From: Octopus vulgaris
Lineage: Eukaryota
Direction: 5' to 3'
Assembly (NCBI GenBank): GCA_951406725.2
Contig: OX597820.1
Location: 22,630,001-22,694,000, forward strand
DNA length: 64,000 nt
Under the pieces are notes generated by a model. That model had not been told where the DNA came from and searched no databases. It worked only from the letters and a program-made list of their open reading frames with translations. Every line of letters begins with the position of its first letter. Position 1 is the first letter of the stretch. Positions 1-11,790 of the stretch are shown here, one piece after another. The position numbers were made by a program, and so were the translations under genes.

Positions 1-263
1 TGATAGACAGAAACTGAAAGAAGCCTGTTGTATATATGTATATATATATGTGTGTGTGTATTGTGTGTCTGTATTTGTCCTCCCAACATCGCTTGACAAC
101 CGATGCTGGTGTGTTTACGTCCCTGTAACTTAGTGGTTCAGCAAAATAGACTGATAGAATAAGTACTAGGCTTACAAAGAATAAGTCCTGGGGTTAATTT
201 ATTCGACTAAAGGCGGTGCTCCAGCATGGCCACAGTCAAATGACTGAAACAAGTAAAAGAGTA
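1..263 (+). mobile_element. tRNA-derived CORE-like SINE family A, 3' part
   Basis: Matches the family tail ...GGTGCTCCAGCATGGCCACAGTCAAATGACTGAAACAAGTAAAAGAG seen in many copies in this window. Confidence 0.85.
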
Positions 264-425
264 ATACTAAGCAAGATAGGGTTTCCAGACTGATGATGCA
301 AACTGTGGACCTACCATAGCCATATACAGTTTTGAATAGATACCTGGAGAGCTGCTGACGAGGGTTTTACTGAATACTAGTCTGAATGTTGATGGCATAG
401 AATGTAACATGGCATGCTATGGTCT

Positions 426-901
426 ACCCTTTTGATACCAACCTGACTGAAACCACCTCTGGCTCTGTAGTACAAATGTCTTGTTTTCATAAGTTTTGAA
501 TTAAAATCTTCCACCAAACCTTGGTCACAATTTATGTTCCTCATACTAGCTTAATGGTGACTAAGTTATTTTACTAAATTCTTTATTATATTTGAAATTA
601 ATTGAAAGAAATACAGAGTGTCTTAACAGAAATATGGTAACAAAAAGGTTAAAATATATAATAGAGAAACAATTCTTAACCCTTTTGATACCAATCTGAC
701 TGAAACTGCCTCTGGCACTGTAGTACAAATGTCTTGCTTTCATAAGTTTTGAATTAAAACCTTCCACCAAACCTTAGTCACAATTTATGTTCCTAACACT
801 AGCTTAACGGTAACTAAGTTATTTTACTAAGCTCTTTGTTATATTTAAAATTAATTGAAAGAAACATAGAGCATCTCAAAATAAATACGGTAATGAAAGG
901 A
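426..901. mobile_element. Two tandem copies of a piggyBac-type MITE (family M1)
   Basis: About 225-bp units starting (TTAA)CCCTTTTGATACCAA and ending AAAGG(TTAA); copies at about 426-652 and 676-901. Confidence 0.75.
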
Positions 902-1131
902 ATAAAGGGGTGGTGGTAGTGGTGGTTGTGGTCATGATTGCAATATAGGTTTTGCAAGGTATGCAAATTTTTGACTTCTGCAGGTAACACAGCAAATGGT
1001 TGATGATGGCATTACAGAACAGTTTAGATTTATTTAGATTGCACTGATTAACTTTAATTACCATTCCAGAGTTGATGAAATAGCCAAGAGATATATTAAT
1101 TCAATTAAATTAATTCCTTCTGCTACCAAAT

Positions 1132-1159
1132 AACAACAACAACGATGATGATGATGATT

Positions 1160-1190
<31 letters not shown>

Positions 1191-1266
1191 TGATGATGAT
1201 GATAATGATGATGATAATAATAACAATAATAATAATAATAATGATAATAATAATAATAATAATACT
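1132..1266. repeat. (AAT/GAT/AAC)n compound microsatellite
   Basis: Directly visible; accounts for the poly-Ile and poly-Leu pseudo-ORFs. Confidence 0.95.
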
Positions 1267-1662
1267 AAATAAATAAATAAATATGTCATGCCTTGCGAAA
1301 ATAAGTATTGATGCGATATACAACTATAGTAAAATGAAATCATAATTAATTTTTAAAATATTTATCGAATCTGCATTTAGAATTATATTGTTATTATTTG
1401 TCTTTTTCCTTTATGCCTGTGGTAATAAATGAAATCACGATGTCTCCAGCAGGATTTTTTTGAAGATCAAATCCAGTTGTGGCAAACTTTGCTTTCCATC
1501 CTTCTGGGGGGGTTGGTAAAATAACTATTAGTTGAGTAGTGAGGGTTGATTTTTATCATGTCTAACCTCCCCACAAATTTGTGATTTGGGGCTAATATGA
1601 GAAATTATTATTTCTATTTTCAATGTTTTTTATTGTGTATGACAGATGTGGTTGGTTGGTTG

Positions 1663-2069
1663 GTTGTGTGGTAAGAAGTTTCCTTCCCAACCACATAGTT
1701 TCAGGTTCAGTCTCACTGTGTGGTACCTTGGGCATATGCTTTCTGCTATAACACCTCCAGGCCAACTAAAGCCTTATGAGTGGATTTGATAAATGGAAAC
1801 TGAAAAACAAGCCCATCGTGTGTGTGTTTGTATCTGTTTGTCTTGACATTTTGTGATAGTTGTAAATGAGTGTTTTGTCATACAAGCCATGCTATTCATT
1901 TCCAATATTCTGCAAAAACAAGCCTGGCTGTGGGGAAATATTACTTTCCTTGGAAACAGGTGGGATTCGGTGACAAGAAGGACACCAGGCAGTAGAAAAT
2001 TTGCCTCAATAAATCCCATTTGACCAATGCAAGTATGGACAAGTGGACGTTGAAACCATGACGATGATG
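1663..2069 (+). mobile_element. SINE with family A head and RTE-like 3' tail
   Basis: Head GTGTGGTAAGAAG...GGTTCAGTCTC, CORE-like TGGTACCTTGGGCA, and tail GTGGACGTTGAAACCATGACGATGATGA resembling the RTE 3' end. Confidence 0.7.
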
Positions 2070-2639
2070 ACCAACCCTAACTTTGCATGTTTGTGAGTTC
2101 AATACTTGGAAAGAATCTCATACATGATGGTCACAGCTAGAAAACATTTGACTCTAGGTTTGATTAGTTATGCTTAACCTGGGGCTAAATTAACAACCAC
2201 AACAACAACTAGCAGAGTTATAAGAGCATCAGATAGAATTTGTTCTAATCAACTCTGGTTTCTCCTCACCCCGAGCGGATAAATCTTTCGCCTTTTACGA
2301 TGATGAACCTATGACCCAAGTTCAAAAGCCATCAATGTCAAACTGCCTTTCCTCCCCTGGGGTCTAATAAAAAAAACAGTATCAATCTAGGGCTATGGAT
2401 TGATGGAACTGTAAGAACTGTAGACCAAAAGAACTGTAGTATCTGTTCTGCCTCTCTGTGTATTCTGAGCTCAAATCCCACTATGTCCTACTTGGATGGT
2501 GGACTTAATCTTCTGCTAGGGTTGGATTAAGACTCATAGAGGACCTAAGCACTTAAAAGATTTTGGCAACCCTATATATATGTAATTCAAAATATAAACA
2601 ATAATAAGCCATAAAATGTATTTTTATTTTTCAAATAGA

Positions 2640-2857
2640 TTAACCCTTTAGCATTTATCTGGTCAAAAGTATTTTGCCTGTTTTATGTTAAAACTGGCCA
2701 GATCTGGTCTCTCACACCAACCCTACAATATTGTTTGAAAAATGAACAGCTACCTCATCAAAATCTCATAGCTACAAGATAATGCATGATTAGTTCAAAA
2801 CCATGTGACTAAAAAAGTATTACTTATGACAGAATAATGTGAATACTAAAGGGTTAA
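2640..2857. mobile_element. piggyBac-type MITE (family M2)
   Basis: TTAA-CCCTTTAGCATT...AATACTAAAGGG-TTAA terminal inverted repeats with TTAA flanks. Confidence 0.8.
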
Positions 2858-3819
2858 AATAGAAAATAATGTTTATTTTTGTATATTTCCACTTTATTTA
2901 TATTTGAAAAGTTTTCTCCTACATTTTTTTTAATTGCAAAGTCTTTGATCGGATCAGATCCTCAAAATTAATCTTACATAACACATCTGCTTCTACACTT
3001 AGAAGAGATAAATCATTCCAAATATTATTTTAACAAGTTTAAAGTGATTTCTTTTGTGCTGTAAACCATTTACCATTCTTGCGGTGACCCCCACTCCCTT
3101 GATGTCTGAAGCATTCAGTGCTTATTTTGCTTAGTGGCTAATCCTGTACAGTCTGCTGCCCAGTCTAATACCACTGTCTGGAATATTAAGTACCTTAAAC
3201 AGAAAAGTCAATGGTTGCAAGCATTTGGACTAGGACTTTGGTTTGAGAAAACCTTCCTGTCTCTCTCTCATTTTTCTGCCAGTCTTGGAGGCTCTGCACA
3301 GCAAACTCAAGTAACAAGAAAAAGAAAAAGAAAGATAAACAACAATAACACTCTCAGTTGCGTTATTTTCTTTACAATTTCTTCAGAGAGTAAACAAAAC
3401 TACATTGTTGATAAGCAACTAATTGAAAAGAACAAAATATATAAATTCACGAAACTTTCATGAATGGAAAGTTCTAAATGAGAGATAATAACAGAAAATA
3501 CAATTACATCTTTGATAACAATTTCTGTTATTCAAGCCAAAAGAGTTAACACAGTTCTGAAATCACTTGCAGGCCTATATAAAGCTGATTATTTCAAGGT
3601 AAATCTAACAAACCTGCCCAGTGTATCTTCAGACATGTAATCAAACCATTCTGTTGCAGTGATGATGGAATATAGAGGAATGTAATAATGGTTCTTTTTG
3701 TATGTCTTGGTGTTATTTTCGGACTGTTCTTATCTTATACATTTTTGTGATTGTGTGATGTGTGTTAATTAGCACGTCATCCAGTGGGATATATAGGGGT
3801 GTTTGTGTGCTGTGTGTTG

Positions 3820-3858
<39 letters not shown>

Positions 3859-3891
3859 GCTAGATGCACACATATATGTATGTATGTGTAG

Positions 3892-3937
<46 letters not shown>

Positions 3938-4037
3938 ATATATTAATGTATGTTTGTATGTTTTTCATAGAAGATAGGAAACAAACAACACCACTTGTAT
4001 AACGATTATGCTTGTTTACAATGCGAAGACAAAGATA

Positions 4038-4107
<70 letters not shown>

Positions 4108-4126
4108 TATATTATATAAACATGAT

Positions 4127-4272
4127 ATTTTTCTTTCTGTCCAAACCCACTCGGAAGGCTTTGGTTGACCTGGGGCTATAGTAGAAGACACTTGCTCAAG
4201 GTGCCACACAATGGGACTGAACCTGAGACCACATGGTTGGGAAGCAAAGTTCTCAACCACACAGCCATGCCT
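4127..4272 (-). mobile_element. SINE family A head fragment
   Basis: Reverse complement of the tRNA-like head plus CORE-like segment. Confidence 0.75.
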
Positions 4273-4371
4273 GCCTGGGCCTTTCATGATAAAAAAATAT
4301 CATGGAACAGCTTAGCATACAGAAAACTTAAGATGAATCTTAAGTAAGTGAACTGCAGTTTATAAGCTTTA

Positions 4372-4745
4372 TACTCTTTTACTCTTTTACTTGTTTCAGT
4401 CAGTTGACTATGGCCATGCTGGAGCACCACCTTTAGTCAAGCAAATCGAGCCCAGGACTTATTCTTTGTAAGCCTAGTACTTATTCTATTGGTCTCTTTT
4501 GCCAAACTGCTAAGTTACGGAGACGCAAACACACCAGCATCGGTTGTCAAGCGATGTTGGGGGGACAAACACAGACACACCGATGCTGGTGTGTTTGCGT
4601 CCCCGTAACTTAGCAGTTTGGCAAAAGAGACCAGTAGAATAAGTACTAGGCTTACAAAGAATAAGTCCTGGGCTCGATTTGCTCGACTAAATGTGGTGCT
4701 CCAGCATGGCCACAGTCAAATGACTGAAACAAGAAAAAGAGTATA
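4372..4745. repeat. Fold-back inverted duplication of a SINE A tail
   Basis: Arms at about 4378-4544 and 4579-4745 are reverse complements with a loop of about 34 nt. Confidence 0.9.
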
Positions 4746-5304
4746 TACAAAAAAAAAGTAAAGGAGATGGCCTTGGATTGTTTCACTGTTAATTTATCCC
4801 TCATCAGAGACCAAATAGCTCCTCATTCTTCTGCACACAAAAAGAACTTAACCACCAATAGCTATTTATATCAAACACAAACTAGAACCTGGTTAGGCCT
4901 GTTTGCATACTGTTCGTTTGTCTGTGGTGTTAATAAATAATAAAATACTTATGCACAGTATAGATAAGAAAACTTGAGATAAATTATATGTGTAAACATC
5001 TTGTTACTCTCTTAATAGCCAGAAATAAACACTTATGTTGTTTGATCAAGAAGCTTTTGTTTTTCAACCACATGGCTTTAGGTTCGGTCCCACAGTGAGA
5101 TACCTTGGTTAGATATTTTCTACTATAGCCCCATATCAACCAAAGCCTTGTGGTTAGATTTGTTACATGGAAACTGAAAGAAGCCTGTCATCTATTTGTG
5201 TGAGTGTGTGTGTGTGTGTGTACGTGCATGGCTATGTGATTGTGTCTTCTTGTCTGCATAATATCTCTCTCTCTCTTTCTCTCTCGATATATATATATAT
5301 ATAC

Positions 5305-5370
<66 letters not shown>

Positions 5371-5796
5371 ACTATCTATTTAGTTTTTAATCACATCCTA
5401 CAAAATATATTGTAAATATACTTTGAAGTAAATGCAGTATAAATCTCATAAGGAAAAAATTGAAGTAGAAACGTAAATATCTTCATTTATATTCTCTAAT
5501 TTTGACTACTACAGTGTGTATATATCATCATCATCATCATCATCATCGTTTAACGTCCGCTTTCCGCGCTAGCACGGGTTGGACGGTTTGACCGGGTCTG
5601 GGAAGCCAGGGGCCGCTCCAGGCTCCAGTCTGAATCTGGCAGAGTTTCTACGGCTGGATGCCCTTCCTAACGCCAACCACTCCGTGAGTGGATTGGGTGC
5701 TTTTTACGTGCCACCTGCACAGGGCCGGAGGGTCCGGCATCGTCATGATCGGATTCGAGCATTTTAACGTGTCAGCGGCACGGGGGCAACGAGGTC

Positions 5797-5935
5797 CGGG
5801 GTACTTTGGGGATCGGGGTATTTTGGGGATCCAGGGTACTTTGGGGATCCGGGGTACTTTGGGGATCCGGGGTACTTAGAATGGGTAGGGGGGTACTTAG
5901 AATGGGTAGGGGGTACTTAGAATGGGTAGGGGGTA
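5797..5935 (+). repeat. G-rich tandem repeats (about 18-bp GGGGTACTTTGGGGATCC and about 21-bp GGGGGTACTTAGAATGGGTA units) at the LINE ORF/3' UTR junction
   Basis: About 4 plus 3 copies are directly visible. Confidence 0.9.
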
Positions 5936-8900
5936 TGTGGAATTGCTGCAGAAAGCAGCCCGGGTCTTTGTAGTCACAGCATATCTCCAGAGATCTCGGT
6001 CCTTCGCCATTGCCTCAGTGAGGCCCAATGCTCTGAGGTCATGCTTGACCACCTCATCCCATGTCTTCCTGGGTCTACCTCTCCCCCTGATACCTTCAAC
6101 TGTTTGGGAGTGGCACTTCTTCACACATCTCTCTTCATCCATCCGCAGCACATGACCATACCATCGCAAGCGTCGCTCTTGCACACCACATCTGATGCTT
6201 CTTATATCCAGCATTTCTCTCAGGATACTTACACTCTGTTTTGCGTGCACACTGACACTACACATCCAGCGGATCATGCTAGCTTCATTTCTTTCAAGTC
6301 TACGCATGTCTTCTGCAGTCACAGCCCATGTTTCATTACCGTGAAGCATGGCAGTTCGCACACATGCATCATATAATCTACCTTTTGCTCTGAGGGAGAG
6401 GCCTTTTGTTGCCAGTAGGGGTAGGAGCTTTCTGAACTTTGCCCAGGCTATTCGTATTCTAGTGGTGATACTCTCTGTGCATCCACCTCCGCTACTAACT
6501 TGGTCTCCCAGGTAGCGGAAACTATCAACTACTTCTAGTTTCTCTCCCTGGAGTGTGATGGAATCTGTTTTCTGAGTGTCTGTTGTGTCTATTGTCCCTG
6601 TGCATCTGCCGCACATGAAAGCTATCTTATCTGTTAATTTCCCTTTAATGTTGCTGCACCTCTTATGTGTCCATAACTTACATTGGGTGCATCTTATGGA
6701 GTTTCTACCTGTACCTTTCCTACAGGTTGAGCAGGGCCACCTACCCGAGGGGATGTGTGTTGAGTACCTCTTGCTGCTTACTAATACTTTGGTCTTTGCT
6801 ACATTTATTCTAAGGCCCTTTGATTCCAACCCTTGCTTCCATACCCGAAATTTCTCTTCTAGTTCCGGTAGTGATTCTGCTATGAGAGCTAGGTCATCGG
6901 CATAGAGGAGCTCCCAGGGGCATCCCGTTTTGAATTCCTCTGTTATTGCTTGAAGGACTATGATGAACAAAAGGGGACTGAGGGCTGAGCCCTGGTGCAC
7001 ACCTACTTCTACTCGGAATTCTTCACTATATTCGTTGCCAATCCTAACCTTGCTAACAGCCTCTCTGTATAGAGCCTGTACAGCCCTTATTAGCCATTCT
7101 TCAATCTCCAGTTTCCGCATCGACCACCAGATAAGGGAACGGGGAACCCTGTCAAAGGCTTTCTCCAAGTCTACAAAAGCTATGTAGAGGGGTTTATCTT
7201 TAGCTAGGTACTTCTCCTGCAGTTGTCGGACCAGGAATATAGCATCAGTGGTGCTTCTACCTGGTACAAAACCGAACTGCATTTCATCTAAACAAATTCT
7301 CTCCCTAATGAGATTGGTTATGACCTTCTCTGAGACCTTCATCACCTGGTCCAACAGTTTGATACCTCTGTAGTTATTTCTATCTAGAGCATCACCCTTA
7401 CCCTTGTAGCAGTTGACTATGGTACTGCTGCACCAGTCATTGGGTATGGCTCCATTGTGAACTACCTGGTTTACAATGCGGGTGACTATGGCATGGCCCA
7501 CATAGCCAGCTGTTTTAAGCATCTCAGCAGTGATTCCTGATAGGCCAGGGGCTTTGCCTGGTTTCATATCCTTAATTGCCTTATCTACAAGGGAGCTGTC
7601 TATTCGGGTAGCTGGTCCCTCTACTGGGTCAACATTTGGCAGGCTCTCCTCCTCCCATTCATTCTCCTCATTTAGCAGTCTTTCATAATGGCTTCTCCAA
7701 GCCTCTTTCTTTTCACTAGTAGTAAAAGCAAGTGCCCCATCATCCATGCGGACACATTTCTCTCCTATAACATCGCTATTTTCTCTGACACACTGTCTGG
7801 CAATCCGAAATACTTCAGCTCTTTGATCCTCGCGACGCTGGACATTGGCAAACTTCTTCTTTTCTGCTACATCTTTGGCAATGTATACCTGCCGCCCAGC
7901 CTCCCTTTTGGCTATCTGGTACAGTTCCCTGCTGCCCCCATCCTTCCAGGCTTTCCAGGCCCGTCTCTTTTCACAGATGGCTTTATCTACTGCACTATTC
8001 CACCACCACGTAATTCTAGGTCTGGAAGGGACTTTGCACCATCCACAAACTTGGTCTGTGGCACTCAACAAGCTGTCCCGTAGGAATTCCCAGCTACCTT
8101 CTATGTCTGACGTCTGAAGCTCCTCTTCCCTCTCATCAAATTTCTTGATGAGTATGTCCCTAAATTTCTGACCATGCGAAGGGTTCTTTAGCCTCCAAAT
8201 CCTTCTTTTCTGGATTGGTTTGTTTCTTGGAGTCCTTCTGGCCTCAAGCTTAAAGTCACTGATGATTAGTCTATGCTGAGGGATACATTCTTCACCCGGG
8301 AGGGTCTTTGTATTCAAGAGCAACCCTGCATCCCGTTGTCTGGTGAGGATGAAGTCTATTTGGCTAGCGGAGTCTCCTGACTGATAAGTTATAAGGTGGC
8401 AGACTGGCTTCTTGAAGTTAGTGTTGCAGATTGAAAGGTTACATGCATCACAGAATTCCAGTAGTCTAGTTCCCTCATCATTTCTGGTGCCAATACCATA
8501 TCCACCATGTACCCCAGTGAAGATACCCGATTCCCGCCCAACATGCCCGTTAAAATCTCCACCTACAAGATGAGGTCCTTGTTACTAGTCTTTGAAGTAG
8601 CCTGCAGAAGGGTATCATAAAAGTTGTCCTTCTGATCATTTGGTAGTCCCGCTTGTGGGGCATAGGCTGAGATAATCATAGCTGTGCCACTCTGTAGGAC
8701 CAACCTGAGCTTAAGCACTCTATCACAAACCCTGACAACCTCTATGACCTTATCCACCCATTCCTCCGCAAGGAGAATGCCTACACCCCCTACACCTTCC
8801 GCGTTACCTTGCCAGTAGAGTTTGTATCTAAGTGCCTTGCCCGTGAGGACCCTAGCCGAAGCATCTCTCCATCTTACCTCTTGTATGCAGCATACATCAA

Positions 8901-9131
8901 CCTGTCTTCTCTCTAGCATCTCTACAATCTCACTAGACTTGCCTGTCAATGTACCAACATTGATAGTGCCAACTCTGAAAACTGGGAAGGAGATGTGGGG
9001 GGGACAGGGGGATTCGGCGCCTGAGAAGAGGAGGGTTGTAGTGGTGGTGATAGTTTTCGTGGTATTTTTCTTTTGATCTCTCTTCCAACCTGACCACGCC
9101 GTGGGCAGGAGCTGGTGTTAGCAGTGGACAT
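5897..9131 (-). pseudogene. LINE ORF: AP endonuclease, reverse transcriptase and PHD finger; two apparent 1-nt frameshifts (about 9000 and about 8567)
   Basis: APE motifs VGTINVGTL, CCIQEVRW, GDFNGHVG, QIDFIL, QHRL. RT motifs NYRGIKLL, QFGF, AFVDLEKAFDRV, GVHQGSALSPLLF, LYADD, FRYLG. Frame is stop-free from 8566 to 5897; ATG at 9131. Confidence 0.92.
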
Positions 9132-9317
9132 TTGTTATCGTCACTGAGTAACGTAATTAGGTAGAGGAAAGAAATACAGATATTCTAGAGTTGAGTTGGG
9201 GAGGTCTAGTTGAGGCGGGTAATATAGGGGAGCAACCAGTGGGGAAGGTTGGGGTAAGGAGGAACGATGGCAGGAAGGGTTGGTGTAGGTTCCTAAGAAA
9301 TAAAAACGTAGGATATT

Positions 9318-9626
9318 ACGAGGCGGGAGGGTACTAAAGGGGATGGTCGGATTGACGAGGCGGGAGGGTACTAAAAGGGGATGGTCGGATTGAGGCAGTG
9401 TCAGGAGGAAGCGTAAGATCGGTGGGCAGTTGATGAGCTATGGCGCTAGCAGCTTGTCTTAAGCATATGAGGAGAAGGGTACTAAAAGGGGATGGTCGGA
9501 TTGACGAGGCGGGAGGGTACTAAAAGGGGATGGTCGGATTGAGGCAGTGTCAGGAGGAAGCGTAAGATCGGTGGGCAGTTGATGAGCTATGGCGCTAGCA
9601 GCTTGTCTTAAGCATATGAGGAGAAG
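9318..9626. repeat. Tandem duplication (about 150-bp unit x2 with internal subrepeats) in the LINE 5' UTR
   Basis: The block GAGGCGGGAGGGTACTAAAAGGGGATGGTCGGATTGAGGCAGTG...AAGCATATGAGGAGAAG occurs twice. Confidence 0.9.
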
Positions 9627-9715
9627 TGGTAGTGGGGGGAGGAGGAGGGAGTAGGGCGTACCCAGTGTAGATGAGTAAGGCGTATACGGTGTAGATGGAG
9701 AGAACGGGGTATACT

Positions 9716-9890
9716 GGTATTGGTGGGGGGGGGGGGGTGAGAACAGTGTTCAACGGTATTGGTGGTGGGGGTGAGAACAGTGTTCAACGGTATTGGTGGT
9801 GGGGGTGAGAACAGTGTTCAACGGTATTGGTGGTGGGGGTGAGAACAGTGTTCAACGGTATTGGTGGTGGGGGTGAGAACAGTGTTCAAT
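9716..9890. repeat. 34-bp minisatellite x5 at the putative LINE 5' end
   Basis: GGTATTGGTGGTGGGGGTGAGAACAGTGTTCAAC starts at 9716 (expanded poly-G), 9755, 9789, 9823 and 9857. Confidence 0.93.
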
Positions 9891-10049
9891 GAGAGAGAGA
9901 GATTATGAAGACAAGAAGATACAATCACATAACTACACACACACAAACACACATATATTTATATTCTGTTATTCTTTTACTTGTTTCAGTCATTTGACTG
10001 CAGCCATACGGGAACATTGCCTTAAGGGGTTGTCCCCTCAATGATTAGC

Positions 10050-11046
10050 CAGAGATGATTTTTAAAATGAGAATATCTGAAATTAACTCAGTTGCTCTCA
10101 CAAACGAGAATACTAAAAATGAACCCAACCACTCTCAGAAATTAATTAAAAAAAAAACAGGAAAATAATCCAGAATCCTTGTCCAGTACCTGATCAATCC
10201 CAATGATAGTCATGGAATGTGAAGGTGGCTTGCTGGCCATGTTTGCAATGCAGTGTGTATGTCATCTGCAGATGGGAACAAGAACAGTTTTCTCTATGAA
10301 GGCCTTTTTTAGACTATCCACTGATATAGTGTCTTTATGACTGTTTAGGTCTGTAGTGAAAAATTTATCTGTGCATGAAAGAAAATGGAAAGGATCTGCA
10401 TATAGTGCTGTTAATGGAGGTTTAACAACATCATTGTGCACAAAAACGTGAGTCTAAGAAGTAAAGCTTCTTTCAATGCAGAGCTAGAAATGCAATTGTC
10501 AAGTAGGTAAGAGGTTTTAAACGGGAGTGATCTAGTAAAAATTGGTAAAACTAAAAATTGTCAAGGATAAATTGAATTTATTATTGTTACTGAATATGTT
10601 AGTGTTATTTAATTTCTGAACGGTTTCGCTGCCGTTTGTTTGTGTAATTTGATTTTTTTGTGTCTTTATCTCTTAGTTTCTACTAAGAGATGCGAGTAAA
10701 ATTGATAATAGAGAAACGAAAATAAAACTTTGGAACAAAAGCAACGCCACCATAACTTACATGGAAACCATGAGCGTGCTTTCAAGGGAGATAATCAGAG
10801 AAGGACTTGGAAGTCAACGTAAGATTGTATTACTTCATGTAAAGTAAATATAACAAATAATCCAGAATCCTTGTCTGGTACCAGATCGATCCCCAAATCT
10901 AACCAGTTTGTGCCAGTCATGAGGCCAGACATCCCTGAAAGTTTCATCTGAATCCACCCAGCAGTTCTCGAGATATCTTGTCCACAGATATGCAAACATG
11001 ACTGAAAACAATATCTCCACATTCGTTAAGGCAAAAGTAATAATAA
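10050..11046 (-). mobile_element. Probable Helentron-associated (HINE/DINE-1-like) non-autonomous element
   Basis: Minus strand begins TTATTACTTTTGCC...GTGGAGATATTGTTTTCA...GGATTCAGATGAAACTT, typical of HINE 5' ends. Internal direct repeat AATCCAGAATCCTTGTC at about 10166 and 10859. Left boundary uncertain. Confidence 0.5.
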
Positions 11047-11049
11047 TAA

Positions 11050-11268
11050 TCCTTTCAACATAAGCAACAAGGCCTGAAACTTTGGGAGAGGGGGGGGCTA
11101 GTCGACAGCATCAACCCCAATATTTCACTGGTAATTAATTTATCAACCCTGTAAAGATGAAAGGCAAAGTCAACCTCGGCGTTATTTGAACTCAGAATGT
11201 AGCAACAGGTGAAATACTGTTAAGCATTTCACCCAATGTGCTAACAATTCTACCAGCTTGCCACCTTT
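11050..11268 (-). mobile_element. MetaSINE-like tRNA SINE (family B) within (AAT)n
   Basis: GCCTTTCATC...GGTTGATAAATTAATTACCAG core on the minus strand; AAT repeats on both flanks. Confidence 0.8.
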
Positions 11269-11299
11269 AATAATGATAATAATAATAATAATAATGCTC

Positions 11300-11790
11300 A
11301 ATTGTCTTGGTATAAAAGATGGGCTACAGCAAATATTCTACTCAATACCACAGATTTGCTTGTCAGTTGTTTGACCTTAACCAGTTGACCATGTCCCTTA
11401 GTGGCTGACGATATGTGCATCTCTGATCATGAGCAGAAGTAGTGGGGGAGCATCATAGCTATGTGTTGAGAGGGATTCTTTGGAGTTTGAATAATTCACT
11501 TCTGGAAACATGGGTGTTTCGTTCAACATCCTTAAACAATACTTATTCAGGGACCTTTTGAGTAGGATGGGCTACTCGACCAGAAGAAAATTCTAACTGG
11601 GCCCCACCTGCAAGGTCATGTGCTGTTTATCTTGATATGAGATCACCATGTCGCACACATATGGTTGTAATGCATGTGCCTGGTGTACCCTTATCAAACT
11701 TGTAGTCTTGATGGGTATACTGGGCTTCGTATATTTTACCCTAGCGTCACTTTGATGGCATGCACTGCTCTCTCACTCAATAATAATAAT
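11300..11790. mobile_element. Interspersed repeat flanked by (AAT)n (family D)
   Basis: Shares about 120 bp with 56278-56400 (GTCTTGGTATAAAAGATGGGCTACAGCAAATATTC...GTGCATCTCTG). Class unknown. Confidence 0.6.

Larger units (their letters stand above)
5525..9890 (-). mobile_element. Near full-length RTE-clade non-LTR retrotransposon (LINE)
   Basis: APE endonuclease plus RT coding region. The 3' UTR contains the CTGGATGCCCTTCCTAACGCCAACC motif (plus-strand reading) and ends in a (TGA)n tail at 5525-5547. The putative 5' UTR is GC-rich and tandemly repeated to about 9890. No TSD recognised; 5' boundary approximate. Confidence 0.93.

Noticed and set aside
1123-5415. Numerous short ORFs with poly-I, YI, CV and HT runs (also throughout the window)
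   Set aside because: They are translations of microsatellites and SINEs.
5922-9076. Plus-strand ORFs within the LINE
   Set aside because: They are antisense shadows of the RT/APE ORF with no recognisable domains.
9716-9890. CRISPR-like array of 34-bp repeats
   Set aside because: The repeats are directly adjacent with no unique spacers and no cas genes, in eukaryotic LINE context.
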